From contig NC_069004.1 in NCBI RefSeq assembly GCF_001194135.2, positions 15,536,178 through 15,600,177 on the forward strand: 64,000 nucleotides of DNA. The letters run 5' to 3'. The DNA is from Octopus bimaculoides (lineage: Eukaryota). Below the pieces are notes generated by a model that was given only the letters and a program-made list of their open reading frames with translations, made no database searches and had not been told where the DNA came from. Position numbers and translations under genes: made by a program. This document shows positions 1 to 14,005 of the stretch, piece after piece (within the stretch, counting starts at the first letter, position 1; each line of letters starts with the position of its first letter).

Positions 1-258
1 CAAGGTGCCATGTAAAAAGCATTCATGTGGGTGCTGGTGCCTTGTAAAAGGTACTGATGATAGCACCATGTAAAAAGTACCCTGTACATTCTGTGGAGTG
101 GTTGGCATTAGGAAGGGCATCCAACCATAGAAACCAAGCCAAAACAGACTATGGAACCTGGTGCAGCCCTTGATCTTACCAGTTCCTGTCAAGCCATCCA
201 ACCCATGCCAGCATGGGAAATGGATGTTAAATGATGATGATGATGATGATGATGATGT
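1..258 (+). mobile_element. SINE / LINE-3'-tail repeat (family B), truncated by window edge
   Basis: GTGGTTGGCATTAGGAAGGGCATCC...CAACCCATGCCAGCATGG...GTTAAA(TGA)n tail. Many copies: about 10.2k, 18.1k, 25.6k, 26.7k, 27.6k, 31.2k, 35.6k, 56.8k, 58.9k, 60.9k and 62.3k. Confidence 0.85.
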
Positions 259-307
259 GTTTAGCAAAATTATGATTTTAAGATACTCACTCATTAACAG
301 AGAATTT

Positions 308-1961
308 CTAAGACCTTAAATTATTAATAATACATAACACTCCAAGGTACCACTTGTGATCTTCTGGAGAACAGCTAACTGCCATTTGTCTCGGTCCTTT
401 GTCATCTCCTGTGTAGGGCTCAAGATCTTGAGAATCAGCCTTCACTACTTTCTGCCATGTCTTCTTGGGTCTCCTTCTTCCACAAGTTCCATCCACATTT
501 AGTGATCAGCACCTCGTTATGCAGATACCCTTATTCATACACATTACATGACCAAACCAGCTCATTCATTTCTCTTGCACACCACATCTGATGCCTTTTA
601 TGCCCAATTTTTCTCTCAACACATTTACACTCTGCTGTACATGTACACTGACATTGCACATCTAGCAGACTATGCTAGCTTCATTCCTCTCTAGTTTTCA
701 CATGTCCTCTGCATTCGGGGATCATTTCACATTACCATGTAGCATTGCATACAAAGGCATTATACAATCTGCTTTTCATTAGGCCTTTTGTTATCAACAG
801 AGATAAAAGTTTTCTGAACTTTCTCCATCCAATTTGTATTTTAGCAACTATACTTTCAGAGCATCCTTTTCCATTGCTAATTAGGCTACCTAAATAACAG
901 AAACTATCTATTACCTCTAGGAAACTTCCTGAGAGTTCAAGGAAATCTATTTTCTGCATGTTTCAGCGTTTATTGCTTCTACATATCTTTCACATACTAA
1001 GTCTACTTTCTCTGTTAACACCTGTGTGATTCCACTGCAACTTTTGCATGTCCATATTTTGCACTGGGTACACTTCATGGAATTTCTACCAACACCTTTT
1101 CTACATACTGAGCAGTGCCATTTTCCCAAAGAGATTAGTAGCTGGTCCATTTTCCTACTTGCTAAAACTTTGATCTTTGCTAAGTTAGCTTTAAGGTCCT
1201 TTGATTCCAGTTTTTGCTTCAACACCTAGAATTTCTTTTCTAATTCTATGACAGATTCTGCTATGGGAACAAGGTCAACAGCATATAGTAGTTTCCATTG
1301 GCAGCCAGTCTTAAATCCCTTTGTTATAGCCCAAAGGACTATAATGAGTAGGAGAGGACTGAGAGCTGCACCTTAGTGAAGTCCTACCTGTACACTAAAT
1401 TTGTCATTGTATTCATTGCTATCATCCACCTTACTGATAGCACCCCTGTTCATGGCATGGGCAGCTCTCATCAGCCATTCATATACACCTAGCTTCTGCA
1501 ATAACTACCAGATCAGGAAGTGAGGGACCCTGTTGAAAGCTTTCTCCAGGTCAACAAATGCAAAGTATAATGGCTTACTTTTAGCTAATTACTTCTGTAG
1601 TTGACTAACTAGGAAGATGGCATCTGTAGTACTTCTCTCTGGCATAAAACCAAACTGCATTTCATCTAGTCTAACTCTCTTCCTAATTAGCAGAGCTATA
1701 AATCTTTCTATAACATTCATGGCTGCTCCAGCCATTTGATGTCTCTGTAATTACTTCTCTCTAAGGTATCTCCTTTACCCTTGTAGCAGTTAATTATAAT
1801 GTTACTACACCAGTCATTGAAAATAACACTTTTCTGTACAACCTAATTAATTATATAGCTAGCTATGCCTTTTCCTACTTTGCCAGATATTTTGAGTATC
1901 TCAGTAGTAATTCCTGATGGACCAAGAACTTTCCCTTCCCTGCCTTCATATCCTTAATTGC
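308..1961 (-). mobile_element. Degenerate RTE-clade LINE reverse-transcriptase fragment
   Basis: Broken frames read AIKDMKAG..GPSGITTEILK, QFGFMPERSTTDAIF, FVDLEKAFNRVP, LLYAVDL (decayed YADD), Cys-rich CSVCRKGVGRNSMKCTQC insert, DSFCYLGSLIS, GRRRPKKTW; stops and frameshifts present. Confidence 0.92.
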
Positions 1962-2424
1962 TGTGTGTGTGTGTGGGGGGGGGGGGGGGTTATTAGTCCC
2001 ACCAAAAAGTTTAGCAACAGTAAGAACATTTTCTTTAATCAGAGGAAAAGCAATTTATTGTATTAAAATGAATCTCTCAAGCAAAAAATTAGCAATAAAT
2101 AATAAATGGACAATTATTCCAACTGGTTAACTCTGCACACATAACCATACTTCTAACACCATCAGATTTTCAGTAAATGGAATAACAAATGAGGTCATCA
2201 TAAAGAGACATCTGTATATTATAATGATAAATATTTGTACAACATTTGTACCATTCTCTGATGCTCTGTGATTTGTATCTTCTGACGGGCTGAAGCAAGA
2301 TAACCAATAATCACAAATCACAAAAAACTGGAGGTTTTACATCAGGGTGTCCCTCTCCTACAAAGATGCCGTGACAATTGCTTGGGGGTCCCTCACTTCC
2401 AGTGGTTTTCCTATTTTACTACAT

Positions 2425-2630
2425 GTTTGTGTGTCTGTGTTTGTCCCCTAGCATTGCTTGACAACCAATACTGGTGTGTTTATGTCTCCGTCACTTAGCA
2501 GTTCGGCATAAGAGACCAATAGGATAAGTACTAGGCTTACAAAGAATAAGTCCCAGGGTCGATTTGCTTGACTAAAGGCGGTGCTCCAGCATGGCCGCAG
2601 TCAAATGACTAAAACAAGTAAAAGAGTAAT
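2425..2630 (+). mobile_element. tRNA-derived SINE family D, 3' half
   Basis: Matches the 3' part of the copy at 16581-16960 (GATAAGTACTAGGCTT...CCAGCATGGCCGCAGTCAAATGACT..AACAAGTAAAAGA). Confidence 0.8.
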
Positions 2631-4311
2631 AGCATATTTAATTTGTGGAGCATTAGAAAAAATAATGTGAAAAATAACAAGAAATAAATTAATAAAATGT
2701 GAGAGAAAAAATAGACTTTATGATGACTAATATTTTTCTCATTTTCCTGGAAAGTATGGGAGACAACTTTAGATATCTTTCAGTCTTGTTTCCTTCTCAG
2801 TAAACCAAAGCATTTATATTTATTTAGTGAGTCATATATCCCTAGTTGAGCATTTGCTTAAATAGGGAGGTATGATTTACTAAATAAATATAAAAGACAG
2901 AGTATTTATTGACATAGAAAAACAGAGAGATTAAATAATGTAGAAATGCCATCCAAAAGAAAACCAATAATAATAATATTTGTGTTAATGCAGGAAGTTG
3001 AAAAGAACTAACCAAATTTGAGGAATTACACAGGATATTTTCATTTGACCCTAAAGTGGTCTGCAAAAAAATCTATGTATCATTACATGCGTCAATTGAT
3101 TAGACATATCACATCTATCCATCTATCACCTCCCTTTTTGTTACACACACACAAACACATGTTAATGGTAAAGAACAGAACATGTACTCACCACCGGAAG
3201 AAGGGTCTAAATAATTCAATTCAATCAGCTGAAGCTAAACTGACCGAAACTATAGCTGGTGTGGTTTCAGTTGAGTGAATTTAATTATTTATGCGTATTT
3301 GTGTGTGTAAGACAGAGAGAGAGAGAGAGAGAGAGAGATAAGACCATCACATATGATGATGATGATCATCATCATTTCTCAACATATGGTTCTCTATACT
3401 AACATGGTTTAGACATGTCTCCCAAAGTCTTACTCCTTGCTCCTGTGACATTTCTATTATAATCTGGTTTGCTCACTGACAGAGCATCTACCTTATTGTG
3501 TTTGCTTTTAGTTGTTATATTTGTAGTGAATCTTGCATGCATGAAGTGGATTCGATCTACCATAGCCACATTTAAATTAACACTGCAACAGAACTTTTCC
3601 CACGGTGGAACAATAGTTTTTCTCTGACAAAAGTTTTACATTTTCCAGATGTCTTTAGCTAGGCCAAAACAATGTCTTCACCACTTGACCCTTTCTAACC
3701 TCTTCTACATCACCAAAAGCTAGAATAGAGATAACAAGACCACCAACTAAATCTATTGTTCTCAATGATATGTCTATCCTTCTGGATAGTTATAAAAGCA
3801 AGAACCCCCAAGTAAAATTTAGTTTAGTCACCAGTTGGTGACGACTCAACCAGTCCAGCCACATGGTGACGACTCAGTGTTAACGAAGTCTGGCTGACCA
3901 GCTAGAACCTCGACCAGAGGGAGAAAGAAGGTTGCAACCAGCCAACTATGAGACCCAACTTCCCTCGACTCTATAACTATCACTAGCTCGCATCCTTTTC
4001 TCTGTAACATTACCATATCTCCCTATATATATATATACTACTATGAGAACGTGTACAAACATATACAGGCCGAAATTAACTTTCTTCTCCTTGCATGCTT
4101 TACGAACTGTGTTATACTATAACACTAACCTACCCGTCGTGGTATGGCATTTATTAAAGTAACAGGAAATGAATATTTCTTTACAACTATCATGCCTGTA
4201 TTAGATTTGTGACTTCCCATGGCACAGAGGTATCTTTGACTTCTATTTTTAGTAATGCAGGTACTCATGTGTGTGTGTTTATATATATATTATATATATA
4301 TAAATACATAT

Positions 4312-4411
4312 NNNNNNNNNNNNNNNNNNNNNNNNNNNNNNNNNNNNNNNNNNNNNNNNNNNNNNNNNNNNNNNNNNNNNNNNNNNNNNNNNNNNNNNNN
4401 NNNNNNNNNNN
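4312..4411. other. Assembly gap (100 N) inside a (TA)n microsatellite
   Basis: N run flanked by TA repeats. Confidence 0.99.
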
Positions 4412-5069
4412 ATTATAAATATATTATATATATATATTATAAATATATTATATATATATATACACACATACACACACGCCTGCATGCATGCACACACACA
4501 GAGGTTGTTCCAAAAAGTGAACAGCTGATAACTGATAACTCAACTTTTATTTCTATTAGATTTAACCCATTAAAATAATGTAGGGAGCCAGACTAAACTT
4601 TGAACAGAGGAAATTTTTCCTAAACATACTATTGGAACTCTGAAAATTCAGTCAAAGAGCAAAGACAGTCTCAGAAGGAGTTTCAAACAGATCTGCCTTT
4701 GCAACTTACCACCACTTGAATTAGAGATAAGTCTGAAGTAGATGGAAAAGTTCAGAACGTCCACAGGAAATTTTCCAGAAGACCATAGCCATCAGTGAAC
4801 TCCTTGGAAATGGAGAGCTAGAATGAGAGCATAGCAAACTTGACAAAGGACGAAAAGTCTGACTTGCTCTCAATGCTACTGAACCACCTAATGGTGACAC
4901 TACCTTAATTCCATTATCTTAGGTTGGTGGCTACCCTAATCCTACTGTTGATGCTAGCCAAAAATCTTACCCACTACACCTAATTTTTCATAGGGATTAA
5001 TTAATCTACATTTAGAGTTCGTCATGAAATTATCTTTATGGTCCTTAAAGAGGTAAGACCTCTGCAGGT

Positions 5070-5278
5070 TTAATCCTTTAACATTTAAACCAGCCCTAAT
5101 ATTCTTTCGGTTTTATGTTCAAACTGACTAGATCCAGCCTTTCACACCTATCCTACAAAGTCACTCTAAAAATAAATGCTCACATCATTGAAATCTTTAA
5201 GCTACGATATAATGCATGAAAATAATGTGAATAAATAAGCATTACATTTGACAGTAATCTGAATGCTGAATGATTGAA
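5070..5278. mobile_element. piggyBac-type MITE family 1, degenerate ends
   Basis: Body matches the copies at 28378-28592 and 59170-59398; decayed TTAA-CCTTTA left end. Confidence 0.75.
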
Positions 5279-6256
5279 CGTTCCACTCTGCTTCCTCGTT
5301 TGTGGCATTATGGGTATGTTGATAAATTTCCTTGTATGAGTTGATGATGTTACTCAAAAGGAATATATCATCGGTCCTTTAATCAAACTCGTATAAGTCT
5401 TTACTTTTTGCCAGGCTGCACAAATGAATTAGTAGAATTTTTAAAGGGAGACAATTTGATGACTATTTTGCTATATTTACACCAGTGAGTAAGTCTTTTG
5501 CCAGACAGTGACTGGTCAATTTTAGTAGTTCTTTGTAATCTCCAACAAGAAATTCAGCTTCCTATGTATATGTGTGTGTGTATACATAAATATTCATGCA
5601 CACATATACATGTGTATTAGTTGAATCAAATAAATAAATCAAAGCATAAGTATAGTTTTATCACATAACTTTATCACATATGTATCATACAGCTTTATCA
5701 CACGCCCACACACTTATGTAACTTCATAATATACATGTTGATAGATAGATAGATATATGGAACATTTTGTTCAGGTATTAGTATTATTCAACAATGCTAA
5801 AAGAACACAGTGTTGAACACAAAGAATTATAAATCTGAATTTATTAATATTCTTACATGTTTCAGGAAAGAGCATATTCATTAAGCATTATTCATTAAGA
5901 TCAAAATGAAAGAGAGTTGAGTGATGAGGAAATGGGATTTCATAAGCAGGAATGAGGTTTGGCAACAGGAAGAGCATCTGTCTGTAAAATGTTACCTGAA
6001 ATAACTCCTGTTCAAGCCTATACCAGAATGGGAAAACAGATGTTGAATGATGAAATGAACAAAGAAAACGAGAAAAATTAATTTACTGGACATTTGCTTT
6101 GCTGAAAGAATAGTGAGTATAAGTAAGAATATGAATAAATCCACATATATATATATGTGTGGTGCGTGTATACATACATATATATGTATACAGCCTTATG
6201 ATAACTATTCTGAATCTACAAGCAACAAATCAAAATAGTTCTTTCTCTGGGATAAA

Positions 6257-9200
6257 TTATTCTTGCTCGTCAGCATCTTCAAAAAATGGCTCAAATTGGT
6301 CATATGATTCCTGTTTGCTCTCTGATTTAACATTGGTAATTTCTTCTTGTTCTTCATGATCAGTGAATTCAAGCTGGATGAGACCAATAGCAAAAGCATA
6401 ACCAACCATTGCAGTAATTGCAAATATTCCTGCTAACACCATGTTCCGTAACTTGTTGGGGTTGTCTTCACTTAAACTACTTGTAGTCCTACTCGTACTT
6501 TCAGTTTCTGTGATGCCAAAAAAATAAATAAATAAATAAATAAATAAAAAGAGGGAAGAAGAGACAATTTAATTACATTTCAATCAAAACAAGAAACGTT
6601 TTGTACATTTGTCATTGATTGATAATTGTTACAGTATCATATTCTGTAAACATACAGATGTGTGCAATGTGGGTGTGGTGTGGTGGGAGTGTTTGAGTGT
6701 GTGTGTGTGTGTGTGTAGTGGAGGTGTGGGGGTAGTGTGTGTGTGTGTGTGTGTGTGTGTTAGGTGCAGACATGGCTGTGTGTTAAGAACTTTGTTTTGC
6801 ACTTTCGGTGAGTGCCTTCTACACAGCCTTCAGCTAACCAATGCCTTCTGAGTGTAATTGAAAGGTGGAAACAGAAGAATCCTGTTGTGTGTGTATATGT
6901 GCATGCACATTAGCCAACTGAACGGCTCTCACTGATGAAGCATATGGAAATACACAAAACTAAGTATTTAGTCTGAGAGGTTCTCAATTTGGTCATGGGG
7001 ACGTTTCTACCCCGGTCAGCGTATGTGTATGCATTTACATTCTTTCTACAACACAAGGAGTATTTTACTTCTATTTCTAGCAATATAGGTGTCTAGGCAC
7101 CACCCTTAGTTGCATTTAGTGATGATTATATCTATATCTGTAGATATATATATATATGTAACTATTTCCCCTCATCTCTCGTCTCTCACCACCAAATCGA
7201 ATTCTGTAACTAATTATTTTCTGTAATGTTGTGAATCTTATACTTTATAGTTTGTTTATTAATAATGCTAAACTATTAAGGTAGTGAACTGGCAGAAACA
7301 TTAGCACACCAAACGAAATGCTTAGTGGTACTTCATGTGTCTTTATGTTCTGAGTTCAATTTCTGCTCAGGTTGACTTTGCCTTTTATCCTTTCGGGGTC
7401 GATAAATTAAGTACCAGTTGTGTACTGACGTCGATCTAATCAACCAGGTCCCGTCCCCGAAAATTTCAGACCTTGTTCCTAGAGTAGAAAAGAATAATGC
7501 TAAACTACCGCTAGGAAAGTTACTAGACATGGGTGCACAATTCTGAAGAGCTCCTATTACCTTCAAACTGATAGATTAACTGACCGAAAATTTGGAAATA
7601 TAAATCTCATTTTTTTTTATAAGACACTTATGCGATAATTCATATCCCAGACTAAATGATTACTGTTTAAATTATAAAGTATTTGTAATGCAATTACTGG
7701 GGGCTTTTTGCTTATGTAAGAAATTTATATTTTAAAAGTTTCATAAGCATATGCCTGAATGACACAATTTGTCTCCCCTTTGAAGTACATCAGATTAGTA
7801 CTGACAAAATTGGCAAGCATTGGACAAGATGCATGCAGTATCTAGTTAAATCTGGTTAAGTTCTGAGTTTGAATCCCATCAGCCAACTTTGTCTTTCATC
7901 TGGTTGTGATTGATAAAATAAAATATGAACCAAGCAGTGGGATTGGTTTTAATAGTCCAGTAAAACATGGATGTGAGAATGGAAGACTAAAAGACGATGT
8001 GAGCTGAAAAGACAATGTGGCTCCTGAAAGTCATTTAAAATGAAGATTGGGGGAGGGTCTGGGATTTACGAATTTTGCCAGTGCTGCTGGACTGGCTCCT
8101 GTGCAGGTGGCATGTAAAATACACCATTTTGAGCGTGGCTGTTGCCAGTACCGACTGACTGGCCTTCGTGGCGGTGGCATGTAAAAGCACCCACTACACT
8201 CTCAGAGTGGTTGGTGTTAGGAAGGGCATACAGCTGTAGAAACTCTGCCAAATCAGATTGGAGCCTAGTGTAGCCATCTGGTTCACCAGTCCTCAGTCAA
8301 ATCATCCAACCCATGCTAGCATGGAAAGCGGACGTTAAACGATGATGATAATGAAATGAAATAAAAAAGGTTGAGGAAAATAATCTTACCTTGAAGGCTC
8401 TGAGGAAAATAATCATGCAAGATTCGTTTGCAAAAATCTGTCAGTTTTGTACATGCAAGCAAATGGTTCTGCAATTGATTGCTGGTCAGTGGAGCTTTCA
8501 TCATAGGAGCCAAATAACCAAAGACTATGGCATCAAATAAGGATGGTCTTGAAAAGAGAGAATATACAAATTGGTTCAACCCATGTCAAGCATGGAAAAC
8601 AGATGTTAAATGATAATGATGATTGTTTATAAGAAATATATAAAAGATAATACAAAAATACACCAACCAGAAGATAAAACAATATTACTTATTTTATAAT
8701 TAATAGTTTTAAACCAATTAACATGAGTGAGATAAAGATTTATTAATTGCTGGAGCAGTTGCCTTTATAGCAGAAAATTCTTGTTAATGTTAACCATGAA
8801 ATAAAAGCAGCAAGTTGGCAAAATGTTTAGTTTTATTGGTCCTGAAAGGATGAAAGGCAAAATCGACTGCAGTGGAATTTGAACTCAGAGCATAAAGATG
8901 GATTCTTGATCAAACAGAACAAAAAGCAACTGGTTTTTCATGAGTGAATGCATAACAGACAGTATCTACAAATCCTAAAACTTAAAGACTCATGATAAAT
9001 CAGTAAATATTGTTTCTAAGTGGAGAATGGTATAAGAATGCCAGAATAAGAGACTACAGAGTACAAGGAATTCTCTCTCAATATCATATAATCAATTACA
9101 CATAACTAAATCAGAAGTGACAAAATAAAATAAAATAAAAGTACCTTTCTCCAAAAAAATAAAGATTGTTCCCCAATTTCTTTTCCAATAAATTGAGACA

Positions 9201-12200
9201 AAATTTTGCTTCTCTGTAAATCTAAAACAGATGAAAAAATATTTCTTAAAAGCAGAGAATATTTTGAAGATGGCTTATTATAATCAATATGAATTATATT
9301 TTATTAAACTTAACATTTAACATCTTAAAAAATTGCTGTAAATAAATTCAAAAATTTAAAAAAAGGAATGTGTTCAGCAGCTGGAAAATCCATTTGATTT
9401 TCATTTGGGCACATGTTAGCTGAAGTCAAACTATGTCTAGTTATAGACAACACAGAATATAATAAGAGAAGAATGAATTTATTGTTTACAGTGCTTAGGT
9501 GAGCAAACAGTGAATAAGTCCTTAAGAAAAAAAAAAAAAAAAAAAGGTGGTGAGGCATCAGGTGTACTGTTGGTGTATTTCAGGAGGCACGGAAGTTTTG
9601 ACGGATGCAGTGTCTTGAATAGCTAACAACTGATGGAGGTAATTTATTCCATACTTCAGGAATTCTGAGTATGGAAAAGCATTGCAAAAAGTCATAGGTG
9701 CTGTATTGTTTTTTTAATTTTGTCCACAAGTGTTAGACATATGGATTTCAAAAAGGTGCCCAAGGTTGTTGTTGATGAATAATCTTGTGGGTGTCTATAA
9801 CTACACACATAAATGCATAATCCTAAATAATTATCACAGAAGGTAAGATGAACAAAGGAATGAAGTCATATGATTTCAGGTCCAGTGTTACTGTTTGCCA
9901 CCTCAAGCAAGTGTCTTCTACTATAGCCTCAAGCCAGCCAATGCTTTGTGAGAGGAATTGATAATTGGAAACTTTGCAGGAGTCCAACGTGTGTGTGTTT
10001 GTTTACATTGTGTGAATAAATGTTGACTCTGTGTCTTTACGAACACAATTTGAACACGAAACAGCATCATTCTCTGGTAAACATGTCCCGTGGATCTGCA
10101 GACATGTGAAAACCAGTAGGATAAAAAATACATCACTTGGAAGATAAATGGGGAGGGGCTACAAGAGTGCCCAGCTATAGAAAAGAAAATCTATTTCAAT
10201 AACTCTAGTGTAATCCATGCCAGCATGGAAAATGGACATAATGCATGCATGCATGTATGCATGTGTGTGTGTGTGTATATATAAGTAGAAGTAGTTTTTA
10301 ATTAAAATCCAAAGACAGACAATGGATGTGCTAAGACCAGCCCACCACAACAGAATTGAGATCTTAAAACCAAAGTACCACATAAAAAAAACATTAGTGC
10401 AGGTGTTGGTGCCACTTAAAAAGCACCCAGTACACTCTGTAAAGTGGCTGATAGGCATCCGGCAATGTATAATTTGTTATTTTATTTACTGGAATGTTTT
10501 CCATGATTATGATAAAACTGGTAATATTACAAACAGATTCCTAATTATAGGATACAAGGGGAGAAAGCAGGATTAAAGTGAGAAAAGTCACTGATTCACT
10601 GCTCTGAGTTTGATATTAATCAAATTCAACATGCTTATCATACTTACACAATTATTTTGTTAATTGGCCAAGAACTAGATTTTACTTAATTTTATGTTTT
10701 AGAATTAATAAAATATAAATATGATACTAGGCTAAAAAGGTTATAGATGATTTGAGATGAGAATGGGATTGTACCAGTAACATTGATTGTTCACAAAGGT
10801 TTTCCAAAGTCCTTACTTTCATATCAACTTCTACATCTGTGACATTCTCACTGCTTTTAGAATATATTCTTGATTTGGCTTTCCTCCGCATCCTGCTGGG
10901 TATATAGAAATTCAGTGGAAACGGAGACGCTTTAGCAAAACCTGGTCTGGTAAGGTCTATGTAAGTCTTGGCATCAATCCACCATAAATGAAGCTGAAAA
11001 TAATATAATTGTTCAGTAACTGGAACAGACAGCCGAATCAAGGAAGTGCTATGGACAACAGCAAACATAATAATAATAATCTAGGACAGAAGATAAAACA
11101 GATTGCTTTAGAAAAAAATTGTTAAAAGTAACAGGTTGAACCAGATTTCAGTTAAAAAAAAAAACAACTAATATTTAATTACTTTATCAAGTAATATAAT
11201 TATATTGTAGTATCATGTTTAGTTCTTTGTACTGTTTATGTGTTTAGTTCACATGATGTGTTAGTGTAATGATCTAACAGATATCAAACTAAGCAGTATT
11301 ATTTTTCATACAGATTTAAGTCATCATCACACAACAAAAATTGATGCTGATGCATTGGAAACTATAATGAATTCAATAATCACATATACTCTCACACACA
11401 CCTAGCCTATTTGGTAGTGCCACTCCTTCAGGTCATTAATCTCCTAACTCATTGTATACAACACCAAAGAAAGAAAGAAAGAAAGACGGGAGGGCGGAAG
11501 GAAGGAAGAAAGGAAAGAAAGAAAGAGAGAGGGTACATGAAATACAACTAAATAACAATTTAACTGCCCAACTATGAGTACCCAGCCAGAATGATTGATC
11601 TTTTACTGTGGAGAAAAAATTGTCTCTTATAGTAAAAAGAAGTAAAAACACCCTATCTGTCCAGTGTTGCCTTCTGTCAGATTCCCACATGTGTTTCTAG
11701 CTCTTTAGCTTTTATCAATGGGAAATACTTGAAGGGAGGGTTCACCATAGAAAATCTAACAGACAATAAAAACAAAGCTGGCTCCTTGAAATAATGAGAA
11801 AGAAATTAACTTACAACAGCAGGTAAAAGTTTTTCTTCAAGTAGTGAGCAGAATGCTATAGTATCTGCGCACTGGGTATTGGACAGTCGGTTATCACAGC
11901 CCCAATGCTACAAATAAAGCAAATACATGAATATGTTTAATGTTTCTTTGACACTGGGATAAGGTGCTCTTCCACATTTAATAAGATACAGAATGAGAAG
12001 GTGGGGGGAACATTTATACAGGTGAAATATTTCCAAGAAAGTAAAATGAGAACACGTCCAATTGAATGCCATCATTAAAGTTAAATGGAATGAGGTAGGG
12101 TGGAGATTGGTTTGGTAGATGTATATATAGTAGCTAACAGGTGTATATAGTAGGTTGCAGTTAATGGTTGGTCAGGGTTACAGTATAAAGCATTCCAGCC

Positions 12201-13961
12201 ATGGCCTTCCTTTTTTTTTTCTTAGATATGAAAGACTGCATTATCCAGTGTAGCTTTTCTCTTTAAGGACAATGAGGTGTAATTTGAAGGAGATTTGACT
12301 GATATTTCTTGGAAGTAGGCTGACCATATAGGGGCTCCCTTATTACCTAAGGATGGTGAAGATGGCATCATAAGAAAGCAACAAAGACACAAGCAAACTA
12401 AATTAAGACAAACATTTCAAATAAAAGTAAAAACCAAGACGCTTTAGATTTGTTCAACTAATGGCAGCATAACATCAAAATTTATCCTAATTACAATTAA
12501 ATCTATTAAATAAATTAAGAAAGTACTTACCTTTTCTCGAAGATAATTAATTATATTTTCTGTTGAACTTTGAATTTCTGTTCCGTGTCGAAGTAAGGGA
12601 AGCTCTCCTACATAAAGAAGAAAGTTTATAAGATACTGCAGCTAATGTTGTGTTTTGTGCTAATTTGGTGGACACTGGCAAAATGTTTAGCATTCTTGCC
12701 ATTTTTTTTTTAGTTAATCTGGAGGAAAGAGCACAGCCCTTGGCCTCCACAAGGTCTTCTGAGATAAATGACATGAATGCTGTTGATGTTTCACTGAACC
12801 TTTTGCAAGTCCATGACACCAGACAAACTTATGGAAGTAGGCAATTCCAAAGCTTCATACCAACACTTGGCATGAAACTATTGGCCTTTGAGTCATATAT
12901 ATATATTTACTTTGTATTATATTATACTTATTTATTGTGCTTTTAATTATTAATTTTTCTATATGTGACAGTGGATTTTCATCAATGAGTTCATGAACTT
13001 TGGTTCTTTTCCCTAAAACTATATATTTATATATATATATGTGTTTGTGTGTGTATGGGTCAGTCCATAAATAATGCAGTTTTTTCAATGGCATGAACTA
13101 AAAGCTGGAGGGGAATGGGGTAAACTACCTGCATCAACTTGCTATAAAAGCAGGTAGTAGTTTTACCTTGTCCTTATTCTTAGTGCAAGTTTTGAAGAGC
13201 GTAGTTCGATTTAAACAGTTATTTTTTCAAAGCTATAATGGAAGTGACAAAGCTATAATGGAAGTGTTGAAAAGTATTACATGTATTTGCTTGTGGCATA
13301 CATATTTTATTTGTGCTATCACATCCTTACCTGATGGAGATCGGAATGGATTCCCAGTTTTCTGTATACATACTGGAACCTCAGAAAATTTACAATATGT
13401 CTGTAAGTAAAAATAAATGTGTACATAGAGCAAAACATGAAAATATAGATCTTCAATGAGTAAACATTTTAGTAGATTTTTATTTACTGGGGGTGCCAAA
13501 TTGTATGATACAAAGATCTGTGATCAAAATCCTTAACCTATTTCCAATCAGAATTATTTCCTGCTTTATTTCATTGTATTACATAGAATGGTGGAATGCT
13601 AGACATAATAGCTTGTAATATGGTTACAAGCTAATGGACGGTAAGCTGATAGAGTCATTAACATGGTGGGCAAAATGCTTAGTGGCATTTCATCTGTCTT
13701 TACATTCTGAGTTCAAATTCCACTGTGGCTGATTTTGCCTTTCATCCTTTTGGGGGTCAATAAAATAAGTACCATTTTTATTCTTTAACTTTTACTCATT
13801 TCAGTCATTTGACTGTGGCCATGCTGGGGCATTACCTTGAAGAAGTTTAGTCAAATGAATCGATCCCAGTACTGTTTTATTTTAAAGCCTGGTACTTATT
13901 CTATCGGTTCCTATTGTCAAACCACTACATTACGGGGGTATAAATACACCACACACACACA

Positions 13962-14005
<44 letters not shown>

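Noticed and set aside
947-1225. Cys-rich PHD-like ORF as a host zinc-finger gene
   Set aside because: It is embedded in register within the RTE reverse-transcriptase remnant.
4038-4095. CTATGAG...CCGAAA hammerhead-like spacing
   Set aside because: The core lacks G5 and neither stem I nor stem III forms in register.
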